From Cladosporium halotolerans (Eukaryota), in NCBI RefSeq assembly GCF_011745625.1, contig NW_027191457.1:620001-684000 (forward strand): a stretch of DNA of 64,000 nucleotides, written 5' to 3'. The translations under genes and the position numbers were made by a program. How positions within the stretch are numbered: position 1 is the stretch's first letter; every line of letters starts with the position of its first letter. Below are positions 15,072 to 27,586 of this stretch, piece by piece. Below the pieces are notes generated by a model. That model made no database searches and was not told the origin of the DNA. It was given only the letters and a program-made list of their open reading frames with translations.

Positions 15072-16022
15072 CTACAATTTTGCTTTTTTCCAAGCAGCGA
15101 CCCTCTCATCTCTCGCAAGGTCCTCGCGCTTCTGCTTCTCGGCAATAGCAAGGTCGCGAGCGTCTTCTTCGTCGCCCCTCTCGAGATATTCCACTGTTTC
15201 GCGATACATTTCTCGCTTGAGTACACCATACACCGCCTGGCCGGACATTCCTGGCTGAGCCTTGCCCACCAAATCCAGCTCGCCGATGAATTTGAGAGTC
15301 TCTTCTAGGTCGCCGAGAGAGTCGACCAGGCCTTCTTCGAGTGCATTAAGAGCCTAACAAAAAGTATTAGAAAGGCTGCTAGGGGATTTGGAGTGCCATG
15401 AACACGGGATCTCTTCAACTTACCTTGAACCTCACCACCTCGAGGATAATCCGCCTGAACGTAGTGGCCTTGACCTTCTCACGAAATACACCACACATCG
15501 GCGGCCTCAGTCCAACGCCCAGAGCCAGCTCGTTCAGACACAGGAATCCGCGATGGGGGTTCATGATGCGGTAGTCGTGCATCATTGCCAGCATGAATCC
15601 GCCCGCGAACGCGTGGCCGTTGACCAACGCCACGGTGGGCATGGGGTAGGTCAGAATCCTGTGCCAGAGGCCATAGAGCGTTTTCGAGAAGAATCCTGGA
15701 GTGGATGTCGCATGCTCGAGGTCAAGGCCGTTAGAGTAGAACTTTGAAACTGCGGACGTTGTGACGACGACGCCGGCAGGATAGTTTGTTTGGATAATGT
15801 CGAAGGCGAGGTGGATCGCTTTGCAGAATGTCTATACTATAGCGTCAGATTTTGACTGAACTCCGGGCCATATAGCACGGGAAGAGGACTGACGGTTGTA
15901 AGACGATTGTCTGGTGGACTCGAGAATGTGAGGAGGTACACCTTCTTTGCTGGCTCGGTAACAACAATCTTCCCGGCCTGTCCGATGGAAAGCTCAAAGA
16001 GAACGGATCCTTGCTTGGCCAT
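15072..16022 (-). CDS. Enoyl-CoA hydratase/isomerase family protein (delta3,delta2-enoyl-CoA isomerase-like); exons 16022-15894, 15831-15424, 15353-15072
   Basis: PPDNRL, KFYSNGLD, PTVALVNGHAFAGGFMLAMMHDYR and GFLCLNE crotonase motifs. C-terminal AKL is a PTS1 signal. Two canonical introns. Confidence 0.9.
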
Positions 16023-16501
16023 CTTGACTAGTAATACTGGCTATCGAAAGATGCGTGATGGAGATGAGGTCGCAACAGGCAGACCTGATGAGATGATGTT
16101 GCGCTCCAGGGCTCACGCTGCGAACCTCGGCTCGTTCGTCGTGTCATCACATGCCCGAGCCACTCGCGCTCTTCGCCGAGTATCAGTCCCGAACAGTGCG
16201 TAGAGGTCAATCCATCATTTAGCGAGCTTCAAACAGCGACGCGAACTGATTGACCCTCTCGCGTTTTCACTACTGTATACCAAGTGACAACATTGCATTG
16301 TCGCAAACTGAACGCACGTGGCAGCCGGTGGCGCTCGCCTCAGAATTCCGACCACGCTACAGTGAAAGGACGAGTAGACACAACACCAAGTCAAGCCCGA
16401 GCCAATGACGACCTGATTCATATCTACTAAAGGCTCGACACGCAAGAGCCGAGGCATTCTCTCGGTCACACGATGAGCATTCCTTAAAGAGTATCTGAAA
16501 G

Positions 16502-17035
16502 ATGGACGCAAAAGCCGCCGCCCCGCTACGCAACACGCCCGGCCTGATCAGTAAGCCAGCAGTTTGTCAATGGAATAGCGTTTCAGACCTGACAGTTAAG
16601 CAGGAAAGATCGAGAACTCGAGAGATGACCTCGTAAAGCGATTCGATGCGCTCGTGACGCTCGCCTCGGTACGGCTCGACATTCTACTGAAGCGGTCAAA
16701 CACTTACGCTAATCTTTGAACAGGTCGACAAGACTGATCGTAACACGACTGCCAACTTGCAATTTCAAATGCAAGTAGAGACTTCACATTTGGTCAGCCT
16801 TGATCATTTCGCTGTATACTCTGCTTACTAACAGTTACCACAGATCAAGGCCGCCGAGGATTTGCAAATGCTCATCCGCCACCTGCAGGAGATGTGGCTA
16901 TTCGGACCTTTGAACACTGTCGGCGAGAGTCAGGTACAGCAACAGACCGATGAGAACGCAAAGATTGTTGGGGACCTGCTACGACAACTTTCGAGCAAGC
17001 AGACCACCGAGGCTAATGGGGTTGCCTCTTCTTGA
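16502..17035 (+). CDS. MED22: Mediator complex subunit 22 (Srb6/Surf5); exons 16502-16550, 16604-16668, 16724-16792, 16844-17035 (124 aa)
   Basis: Not in the ORF track. Three GT-AG introns give ...LVKRFDALVTLA...FQMQVETSHLIKAAEDLQMLIRHLQEMWLFGPL, the Med22 signature. Confidence 0.88.
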
Positions 17036-17153
17036 TCAAGTCGCCTAGCTGTTGCTCGCATACATCCTAACAGATCATGAATTCATCTACACATTGCAAA
17101 TCTCTCTAACAACGGCTTCCTAATTTTCCTTCCATAGTGAGGATGTTCCTCTA

Positions 17154-18466
17154 TCAAAGCTTCGCCGCCAACCCCTTTGCACCTACGCCTTCCCCAACCA
17201 ACTCCACAACCAGCCTCGCGCTCCCAACCGAGTTCTGATACCCAGCCCCAGCATGCCCATAAGCATGCACAATCTCCCAATCTCCCACCTTCTCCCTCTC
17301 CACCCTCGGCCCACCCCTCCTCGCTGGCCTCAGCCCACACTGCACACTAACAACCTCAAACCCCCATTCCGGCCCCGTCAGCAGCTCCGGGACCTGCAAC
17401 GCATTAAGCCTCAAAATCTGCTCCGTCACACGCGCATCCGGCGTCTCATCCCAGACGCCCTCCTCCTTCGTGCCACCGAGAATCGTCGTGCCCGAGCCCG
17501 GCCGCGGAATGCAGTACGCCCTGTACCCGTCGCCGACGCGCGTGATAGTCGACCGCGCTTCGCCCTTGACGAGCACGGTCTGCCCGCGGATCGGGTACAT
17601 GGCGTCGTCGCCGCAGAGCTTCTTCGCCCCGAGGCCCGTGGCGTTGACGAAGCACGCGGGCTTCGGGCGGCCGGTCTCGAGTCGTACGAAGTCCGCCGTG
17701 CCGCTGAGAGTCGCGCTCAGCACGCCGTGGGTGGGCAGGTGGGCTTTGAGGACGCGTACGCCGAGGCTGGTGGCGCGCTCTTGGAGGTAGAGGAGGAATC
17801 GGGGGACGTTGATGCACATTGCTTTGTAGTAGGCGCCGTGCTGGATTTCGGGGAGGTCTGCGGACGCCAGGGAGGCTTTCTCGTTGATGGCTGAGATGGG
17901 TTTGTGGGAGGCTGAGAGCGTGCGGAAGGCCTCGACGTGGGGCGCGTACCAGATTTCGTAGTTGGGATTCTTGTCCCATAACTCGTAGGAGTCAATTTGC
18001 TGTAGGCATGTCAGTCCACTGTCTCTGTTGCCTCTTGTGTATATGAGTGCGTGAAGACCCACCTTCAAACCAGACGGCGGCAAGGTCGGGTCCTCCTCCT
18101 CCCGCCGGATGATACCCAGCCAGTGCTCATACGTCTGGACATCCCAATCACATATCACTGGCTCATTTGCTCTTGCGTGTGGCAGCCAATGTGCACCCGC
18201 CCTGCGAGCGTGTCCGTCAGCCAGGCTCCTCTAAGGCAGCCATAAGACGGAGACTCACCATGGCGATGTGTACTCGATACTGCTATCGCCGGGCACATGA
18301 GCTGCTACTACAGTCACTTTATATCCGGCCTCGGCGAGAAATAAAGCACTCGTCAATCCAGTCACGCCGGCCCTGTGCGGTGGTGGTGAGCGATAACGCT
18401 TGGCTGGTGCTTGTGGTTACTAGGGTTGGCGTACCCTAAGACGACGACGTGCTTTTCCGTCGACAT
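17154..18466 (-). CDS. FAD-dependent D-amino-acid oxidase family protein (multi-exon)
   Basis: N-terminal HVVVLG/AGVTGL dinucleotide fold and YTSPW, then VNATGLG, PIRGQT, GLRPAR and HAYGHAGAGYQ. C-terminal AKL PTS1. Introns near 18434, 18258 and 18062. Confidence 0.92.
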
Positions 18467-19044
18467 TGTACTTGAGATTGTGAATTTGGTGGGCCCTTGT
18501 GTGGGTTGTGCACTCAATATATATATGAACTGATTATACTGATAGATTGGTCAAATAGAAGAGGATGGCATAGTACGAGAGTCGGCGCTTTGTTGAACTC
18601 CACGTTCAGCTGCACATGCGTGGGATACTACCATATATATCAGTGACCTCGGGAATCGCTTCTCGCCGGGATCGGACAGTATTGGACCATAGGGCGCAAG
18701 AGACACGAGCTCGGCCTATCATTATCAGGGCGGAACAGTCATCATACGGGACAAGTGTAGACTAACGCGATATATTGCCCTTCTCGAGCCTAATCCCACG
18801 CAATCGATCGTCGGAACAAATCGCACTGAAACCAGAACAGCAGCGTTTCATGCGCATACTTCTCAAATTTTCGACTAGCAGGGCTACCAAATAAGTACAT
18901 AAACGTATCGTGAGTTTGTATCTTGGGGTATCTACATCATAGAGCCTGGATGAGCTCGTCCCGAAAGCGCCTGTGCTGTGAACCAAGGCCGGAGCCGTCT
19001 ATAGTATCCCCATACGGCCCAGAAACGCCAAACCAGAATTACAC

Positions 19045-21055
19045 CTAGCTGGAGGACGAAGTGTCGGCAGCCACCCGAGCGACGGCCATTCGAACTTCTT
19101 CCGCAGCAATGCCCTGCCACCTTTCGCGAGCGCTTTGATCCGCCAAAGCCGATGCGTCGCCTACGAGATCGTACATTTTGCGCGAGACATCTCTGTTGAT
19201 GTCTGTATACTGATCTTTGTCTATCGTCTTCTCCAAGTAGCGCGGGCGTAAGGCAATCTTTACCATGCGTTGAATCTCCTCTTTCGCGGAATACGACATG
19301 GCTCGGCTCGGCGAGAGGGCGTCACCGCCACTATGGTAGTTCTCGTCGTAGCCGCTATCGTGGTGGTCACGTCGTCGACCTCGTTCGCGCCTGCCTGTAG
19401 GCGTCTCTAAATCTTGGGAAGCCACCGCTGGCGAGAAAGGTGAGAATAAGGGTACTGGCGGAGAAGTCGGATGGGCGATGGGGGACATTGGCGGTGTGGC
19501 TGATGGTGCATGAGGTGAACCATAGCCCGAAGAACCAGGCGATCGCGCAGGAGACGAATTTCGCGGCGAGTACTGCCCATTGCCAGCAGCGCTGGAAGGG
19601 CCAGGCGAGCCCGCAGACGATGGGTTATTCTCTACTTCGCGCAACAGAGAAGACAAGAAAGTCGTGCCTTCAGTACCACGTTGGGCTGCAGCATGTGATG
19701 ACTCGGCCGGCGGAGATCCCGCGGCGGCAGCAGGCCGTCGCAACCGTGGCCTTTTCAGCTTCCTCTGCTCTGGCTCTGGCTCTCGCGGTGAGGCTGGAGA
19801 ATCGGTGGCTTTCCTCTTGCGCGTGTTTGGCTCATTGTTCACTTCTCTTGCCTTGTCGAAAGCATTCCAAGCGCGCAGTTCTTCTTGTGATTCAGGCGCA
19901 GGTTGTGGCTGGGGCTCACGGTTCTGTGTAGCGATGTCGCGAAGACGGTTCGCAACACCCTGGCGGTCTGCCACCTCGAAGCGTCGCTGCCACTGCCGGA
20001 ATTCCCTACGCTGTTGAGGTGTTCTGGTGTCTCTTGTAGGCTCATCGTCATCGAAGGGAAAGTCAAGATCAAGATCCAAGCGGCGCGAAACCTCTTGCCA
20101 GACTCGCGCCCAAGAAGTATCGTTTCGTCTTCCGCGTCCAACGCGTCGGCCACCAGACGGAGCAGTGCGCTGTTGTCTAGGGCGTCTGCGCAGAGCGGAG
20201 CGAAGGCCAGGAAGAGCGGTGTCGGTCTCAATGTCCACTAGGCATGTTTCACAGTACCAGACGTCCGGGGCATCATCAAAGCCAGCGCAGAAGACATGCA
20301 CCGCCTTGTCGCAGCCGTCGCAGTACATTTGATTGTGCGCATCGTCGCTCGTGCCGCAAACGACACATGGCTCCCAAGTGTCGACAGCGAACAGTTCGTC
20401 CTCAAGGATCATAGATGGGTCGATCTCAGCCTCTTGCACCTTGTCTTGTACTGCATAGCTGTCGATCACCGAAGACCCTATCGCCTTCCGAAGCTCTACA
20501 GAGTTGAATTTGGCTCGACAGATAGGGCAGCTGTTGGCACGCTCAACCCAAGGCTTGAGGCAGGCATTGTGCAAGTCGTGTCCGCAGGGGAGTAGATGGG
20601 CTACGATTTCGTCATCGTCATCGATACTGTAAGCGCAGTCATGTTAGCACAGATCATGGTATTACACACACTGGAGGCGTCCAGCAGCTCCGCGGCATGC
20701 GCAGGGCAATGAGAAAACCTCACCTTCCAAGCTTATCCGGCGAATGTCTTCAAGCCGTCCAAGGGTGGAAGAAGCGGGAGAGCTGGCGGGGTTGCGACGC
20801 AGGCCACTGCAAGCCTCCAGTGCATAGGTAGATACGAGGGCTCATGCATCACGCATTTGCGCACGCGCACGCTCGATCGGTTCGTGGTGGTTGGAAATGG
20901 TACCTTTTGGTGCTCAGTCTTGTGTTGCGCAACTGGCTCTTAGCGCGGTGCTGGACGGCGTCGTCACCAGGATGCGCTTCGGGAAGGTCCGCAGGAGAAT
21001 CGGTGGCGATGGAGTCTCGCAGATCGCCCAGACAAACAATACATTGTTCTGCCAT
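19045..21055 (-). CDS. RING + PHD finger protein (PHRF1/Asr1-like E3 ligase); exons 21055-20904, 20626-19045
   Basis: MAEQCIVCL...LPCGHDLHNACLKPWVERANSCPICR RING (split by the intron), CVVC...CDGC...HVFC...WYCETC PHD, and C-terminal helical domain KEEIQRMVKIAL...QYTDINRDVSRKMY. Confidence 0.9.
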
Positions 21056-22021
21056 GCCGAGGCGACCGAGGGAGCGCGTATAGACACTCGAATCGCGGTG
21101 ATTGCATGTAAGTAGGCGGTGTTGCGGTCAAGATGTGGAAGGAGGAAGAGAGGCGCGCATCTGGACAAGCCGGCTTTATACCTAGGGCCCTGCAGCCGAT
21201 CCGCAGCCACTCACGTGAAAGCTTAGCGGAGGTCAGAGGGCGGCAACCGGAACAACCAGTACACCCTCGTGAATGAGGTCTGAAATGTAAACGGCATGGC
21301 ATTACGAGGCACTACTTCTTCACGGTTGACACGACTCATAGCATATGCTGTCGTTGAAGGTGGCGCCTGCCGTGGCAGCTGATCACGCGCCACCGCCCTG
21401 GCAGACCATAGTGGATAGCGTGTGCGACTAGGCATGGTCACGATGCGCATGAGATCCAGGCACTGTTTTTTCTATCTCTCATGTGGCCTATTGTGAGATG
21501 CGCCCTTGCAGATGACACTTCGTGTCTGATTCAGGCTGTCGTCCAGGCTGCAGTCCAAAGACGCAATAGTCACCATGTTTCCACCCATATTGTCTCGAGC
21601 ACCCCATGCGTATACCAAGTGCATCCGGACATGATGCATCCTGATCTGGTTGTGCTTGAAAATATGAATGGAGATCATAAGTCGTTGTCGCCTTGCTACA
21701 TTTGGACGATATACGGGTCGAAGGTCTGATCTATTCTCAGTCGCAGCGTAATAAAAGCAGGCGTAGCAAGCGCCTGGACGGGACGTTGTCGTCCTTGAAA
21801 ATATGCGCCTCACTGGAGCCGATGTGCATTCGGAATAACCAGGTCCATCGGCCGCCTTGACAGACTTGGTTCTTGTGATGTTTGCCTCACAGTGGGCGGG
21901 TGGAAGTCATTGGAAGATTTTGAAGGAATTTCTTCGTTATCCGCAACACTATTTCCCAGCGCTGCGAACTTAAAAGCGCTCATTGAACTCCATCGTGATC
22001 CTCCCTGATGCCATAACCCAT

Positions 22022-22472
22022 TTATACCTCGGCGATCTCGCGCAGACGACGGATGGTAGACCTGGTGGCAGCGGCGGCCGGGGTGCTGTACAATTGTTAG
22101 CGATATGCTGGCTGGTCGATAAGGCGCGCCGTATGCGTGTTGCAGGGCGTGGATCGGCGACATACGAGAGGGTGTAGGCGCCACCGGCGACAGTCTTCTT
22201 GCACGACTTGCAGTCCCAGATACCGGTGGAGTGACGCTTGACGGTGACCTTGCCGCAGAAGGTGCAGGTGTAACGGGCGTGCTGAGAGATTTCGATCTTC
22301 TTCACCTGCTTGCGGAGGGAGGCACCATAGCTGAAGAGTGAGCGTTAGTCTCCATTTCGGATTCTTTCGCGGTGAGCTCGACAGAGGGGTCTGTCGAGCG
22401 CTTTCGAGGGCTCTGTTCGTACCGGGTACCGTATTTACCGGTAATTCCGACCTTCTTGGTGCGCTTCGTCAT
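22022..22472 (-). CDS. RPL43: 60S ribosomal protein L43 (eL43/L37a); exons 22472-22423, 22330-22166, 22085-22022
   Basis: [44 protein letters not shown]...[13 protein letters not shown]...[11 protein letters not shown]. Two canonical introns. Confidence 0.98.
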
Positions 22473-22906
22473 GGTTGCAAGGCTGACCTGTTTTTCCTGA
22501 CGGGTTGTCGCTGGTTGTCACAGACGCTCGAGGCCACACCATGTATGCGAAGCCGGGCTTTTCGTGTGTCTTGGCGGGAATTTTGGGGGCAGGCTTGGCG
22601 AGAGTTCTGTGGGCCTGAGGCACCCAATGATAGTGTGTTGACTTTGGCTAGCGACGTTAGCCCTCACTCCAGCCAGAGGAACGTCATGTCTGCTGCCTTG
22701 GAACAGGCCGTAGATCGCTTCGTGCGCTCCTGAGCACGCCGAGGTCCACTGCGAGTGATAAAGAAAGGCAGCGTAGACTATAGAAGGCCGGTGGTTCCAG
22801 TCCGATTTCGTTACATGTGATCGCCTCACTGCTCTTGACATTGTTGCAGACGATCAAGCCCTCCGCAATTTCCATCCTCCAACACCCTGAGCAAATAGTC
22901 GCAAGC

Positions 22907-24204
22907 ATGGCAGATCGCCAGTATGAGGCCGTGGTGTTCGGAGCCACCGGCTACACGGGAAAGCTCACAGCGGAATATATCACCGCCAATCTGCCCACGG
23001 ACTTCAAGTGGGCGATTGCAGGCCGCTCAGAAAGCAAGCTCAATGCTCTCCTCCAGGAATTGAAGTCGCAAAACCCCAATCGTGCCCTTCCTGGCGTGGA
23101 AGTCGCTCAACTTGAGAAGGCCGACCTCGAGCGTCTCGCCAAAACAACGAAAGTGCTCATCACGACTGTTGGGCCATACCACAAATATGGTACCGCTGTA
23201 GTTGAGGCCTGCGTGGAGACAGGCACCCACTATCTCGACGTTACTGGCGAGGTGCCCTGGGTGAAAGATATCATCGACCACCACCATGCGAAGGCGAAGC
23301 TCAATGGTGCTATCATCATCCCTCAGAACGGCATTGAGTCTGCGCCAACCGACCTAATGTGCTGGGCTCTCGTTTCTCACATTCGAAGGACCCTTAACGT
23401 GGGCACTGGCGAGATCATCTACAGTATCCATGACATCAATGCTTCAGCCAGCGGTGGCACTCTGTCAACGGTACTCACGCTCTTCGACAGCTACAGCTTG
23501 TTCGCCTTGTCCAAATCGTTCGCCAGGTGGTCTCAGTCGACTGTGATACCCCCTCAGCAATCTTACAGCAAATCCATCTATGAACGCCTCACTGGCCTAC
23601 GGACTGTGCCAGACCTCGGCGGCTTGCTTACTGACAGTATTCAAGGTCCCACCGATACTCCGCTGGTACACAGATCCTGGAGTCTGTTTGATGGTGGAAA
23701 ATTTTACGGACCCAATTTCTACCTCAACCCCTACATGCGCGCCAAAGGCATGATCCGTGGTTTGGCAGTGCACGTGGGACTGACGTTCGGCTTTCTTGCG
23801 CTCATTATCCCTCCTGTGCGCTGGCTGCTGCAGAAGCTCGTCACTCAGCCAGGCGATGGGCCAAGCAAAGAGTAAGCACAAGGCACACAGCTCTCCCATG
23901 AGATGAAGGCTGACAATCACCCAGGCAAGCATCGAAGGAGTACGTCGAGTGGCGTGCCATCGCACACGCCGACGTAGAGGATCCAAGCGACCCGAAGCGG
24001 GTGATGGGTACCATGCGGTACGATGGCAGCATGTATTACCTCACCGGCTTGCTGCTCGCTGAGGCTGCGATCACCATTGCGCGCGATCAGACTCCGGCAC
24101 ACGAACTCGAGGGCGGTGTGCTCACGCCGGCAACCTTGGGCGAAGCCTACCTTGAGCGTGTGAAGAAGGGTGGATTGAAGACTGAGATCCGAATGATGCC
24201 TTGA
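22907..24204 (+). CDS. Saccharopine dehydrogenase-like oxidoreductase (SCCPDH family); exons 22907-23871, 23925-24204
   Basis: VVFGATGYTG, AIAGRS, TTVGPY, HYLDVTGE, SGGT and GGVLTPATLG motifs. Intron 23872-23924. Confidence 0.9.
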
Positions 24205-24315
24205 GATGGGTAAACTTCCGAAGGGAGACAGAAGGTTGGCCAGGTAATGTGAGGTGTCTGGTCAGCGTGTGTTAATCGTTGCTTCATGTCTACGGATGAT
24301 TCTTGAGTGATTTGA

Positions 24316-25560
24316 TCATGCGCTGTCTGACGGTGCCGTAATTGATAGAATCTTGAAAGGAACAGCCTTTGCGTAAAACAGTGCCTTTTGCTCGCGAATC
24401 GGTTTTGGCTCAAATGGTATCTCCTCAACATTAAAGTGATTACGCACTGCCGACAAGTCAATTTGTGTCAAGGATTTTCAAGGAAGTCAATACTGACAGC
24501 AAGCGTGTCTGAAGGTCTCAAAGGTATCGACATTGCGAATTGTGCCAGCGATGATCACCTTGATGCTGGGTCGAAGCTCGAGAAGCATGCGAATCGTCGC
24601 AGCCAGTGCTGAGCAAGCGGTCTTGTCGTAGGTCTAGATTCATCGGTTAGTTGAGATCGGATTCACTTAGCTATTGAATCCTTACAATATCGGCGCCAAT
24701 GACCGTGTCATAAGGGTGCTCCTCGTAATCGTCCTCAACCCAAGAACCTCTGATACCGTGGCCCCAACGAAGCACGCTGGTCAGTACTTTCTTCTCGTCA
24801 TCAAGTCCGTTCAAGAAGAGATTCTCTTTGAGTGCTTCGACCACCCCCTCGTCACCGTCCGTAGTCGTCACATGGGTAGCTCCTAATTGCTTGCCACATA
24901 GGATAGACAGAAATCCAGTACCCGCCCCGAGTTCTAAGATACTCTTGCCTTTGATCAAGTCCTGGCCGGGCCCCGATAGCAAGTACGCTCCCAGATGTAG
25001 GGCGGCTTCCCATGTTCTAAAGCCTGTAGTGAGAGACCCTGAAATCAACTGACGGCGCTCCAGGAGCGTCAAACTTGGTTCAGGCCCTTCTTCTTCCTCA
25101 CGTGATGCGTTTTCGGGGAGAGTCGTGAAGGTAACATATGATTTCTGTTGGACTGCCATCGCTTCTGAGGGTATTTCTGAACTCATGAGGGAAGAGAGAC
25201 ATGACATGAGATCATCGGAAATCTCCTGAAAGCAGACAAAAGAATCAATATGAAAGGCCTTGGAGAATATTACATGACGAGAGAAAATGAAAGTAAGCTG
25301 TTAAGAGGTAGAGAAAATGAACCTACATCTTGCTCTGGGTCTTCGATGGCTTGCTCGACTTTCTTAAGCAGAGGCTTGAGTACTCGCAATCTGTACCTAT
25401 CGGAAGGCAAATGCAGATTTGCGCTAGTATCGAAGCAGTGCTTGTACAGCCATTGCTGAATACCAGACTCTCGTAAGAGCGATTTGGGAGGCCATGCCAG
25501 AAAATCCGGTTCGAAGAGCTGGAAATATTGGCGGCGGAAGAGCACGAGCTGGGGATCCAT
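24316..25560 (-). CDS. EFM3: Protein-lysine N-methyltransferase, eEF2-KMT/FAM86/Efm3 family (4 exons)
   Basis: FAM86-like N-terminus (FRRQYFQL), TTGFRTWEAALHL, ILELGAGTGF, TDGD and GADI/TYD motifs. Introns with donors at 25326, 24685 and 24497. Confidence 0.85.
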
Positions 25561-25852
25561 ATCGCTTACGAGGAGACTTGGCTGGTACTCTTTCAGGCGA
25601 TGGCTTGACACCGACTCTCTCTCTCCAGACAAACCGAATAATTTCTTGCTCGTGAACGATCGCTATCGCTGCTTGGTCAATTGCTCGTTCGCCGACGCGG
25701 GCTTGATACGCCAAGCCGTACGGAAACTTTCCGCCCCACAACTCGCGAGCGAATTTCTCGCCGCAGACAGTTTGAAGCAGCCGGGCGAGCGCAGCCATCG
25801 ACGACCTCTCCCACCATCCGACGATTTTCGATCACGACAAGCACCCATCACG

Positions 25853-26454
25853 ATGTCGGACTCTCAGGTGACCCTGCGCACGCGCAAGTTCATTCGCAAC
25901 CCTCTCCTGGGCCGCAAGCAGATGGTCGTGTGCGTACAACCCCTCCACGATGCCGCAATCTTCGCCTCCGCCGCCACCGACGAACACACCGAGCGCACGA
26001 AATTGGCAGACAAGAGACGGAACAACATGGGCTAACGATACATTGTACAGTGACGTCCTGCACCCCAACCGCCCGAACGTCTCCAAGGATGAGCTCCGCG
26101 CCAAGCTCTCCGAGCTCTACAAGGCCGAGAAGGACCAGGTCTCCTGCTTCGGTTTCCGCACCCAGTACGGTGGCGGCAAGAGCACCGGCTTCGCCCTGAT
26201 CTACGACAGCAACGAGGCCATGAAGAAGTTCGAGCCCCACTACAGGCTCGTCCGTTACGGCCAGGCCACCAAGATCGAGAAGCCCAGCAGACAGCAGCGT
26301 ACGTCCCACCGTCGGAGAGGAGCACTGGAGAAGACATGCATGGATACGGACGGAGCACTAACACATTGGAACAGGCAAGCAGCGCAAGAACAGGGCGAAG
26401 GAGTTCCGTGGTACCGCGAAGAAGACCGGTGGCGCCGACAAGAAGAAGAAATAG
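25853..26454 (+). CDS. RPS24: 40S ribosomal protein S24 (eS24); exons 25853-25929, 26051-26298, 26375-26454
   Basis: [26 protein letters not shown]...[20 protein letters not shown]...RQQRKQRKNR. Canonical introns. Confidence 0.98.
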
Positions 26455-27586
26455 ACGACTCGATTTCCTCGCGCTACTTCTGGGTGATGAGGTTGTGCGC
26501 TGCATTTCATTATGGTTTCGATACTTGCATGACAGGTTGCAAGTCTAAAGCCAGGACGGCGTTCAGTCATGTGGTGGGTGTAGCTACCTAAAGCGAATTG
26601 AAAGCAGCTTTCAACCAATCCTTTGGGTCAACGTGTCACATCGCTATCATTGGAACTATCGGTATTAGAAGAAGGGGGCGAAGGATTACTCACATGCAGC
26701 AAATGTACGCTACCGCTATTGAAAACGACACCGACACAGAAGCGACTTCTCATTCACTTTGCGATCGGCATAACGAACCTACACGCAACGAAATATCACC
26801 AAATCCAATCGACTTCATTTCTGGCTACAGTCGATTGATCCCAGCTTTGGTCACAGTTGCGCCCGTTTCAAAGCAAAAAGCATCGCGGCCCATCTGCTAA
26901 CGCTACATGCCTTAAGTGCCCGATCGCCACAGCCTGTCGCCTATCAAGGTGTCATCTTGCCACAGCCCACGTTGATGCCAAACATGACATGAACAGTTCG
27001 TGCGAATGCCGGGAATAGGAATCTTCTGTAACATCAACAACACTCGACCGAGTATTCATCGCAAGCGGAATGTACTAACCTGCTGACAGACATATCTAGC
27101 GACTCTGTACCATGCTGGTCTTGTGATAGTGCGGAGAAACCTTGGGCAACTTACCCTTGAGCATGTGTCCGGAGGACTGGTATCCTGCCTTACCTATATC
27201 CAAGCTGGAGTATTAGCAGCCCTGAAAACCACTTATGTGCTTTTCCACGCCTGTAATGGTGACAGTTAGCTTGAATTCAAGGCTCGGAGATCATCATAGT
27301 GTGAGACTCAGCACATCGTGTTGAAGGTGCCAAGGGCCTCGCTTCGCTTCTTTACGAGAGCAATATAAACATTGTCAGCTGCTGCAAGCCACACAATCCT
27401 GCAGCTCTACCGCCAGTCCCAACGAGGCCTTTTATCCGCAGCTAGGTCTAGAGCGGTTCATAAAACAAGTATAAAAATAACACGGACACAACCTTGCTCT
27501 TCAGCCTCCCGCAAACGATTTCCAGCGTTGCCATCTTTCTGAGATCTTTCTCTAGTGCCGCGTACAGCACACCTCACAAGACAGCA

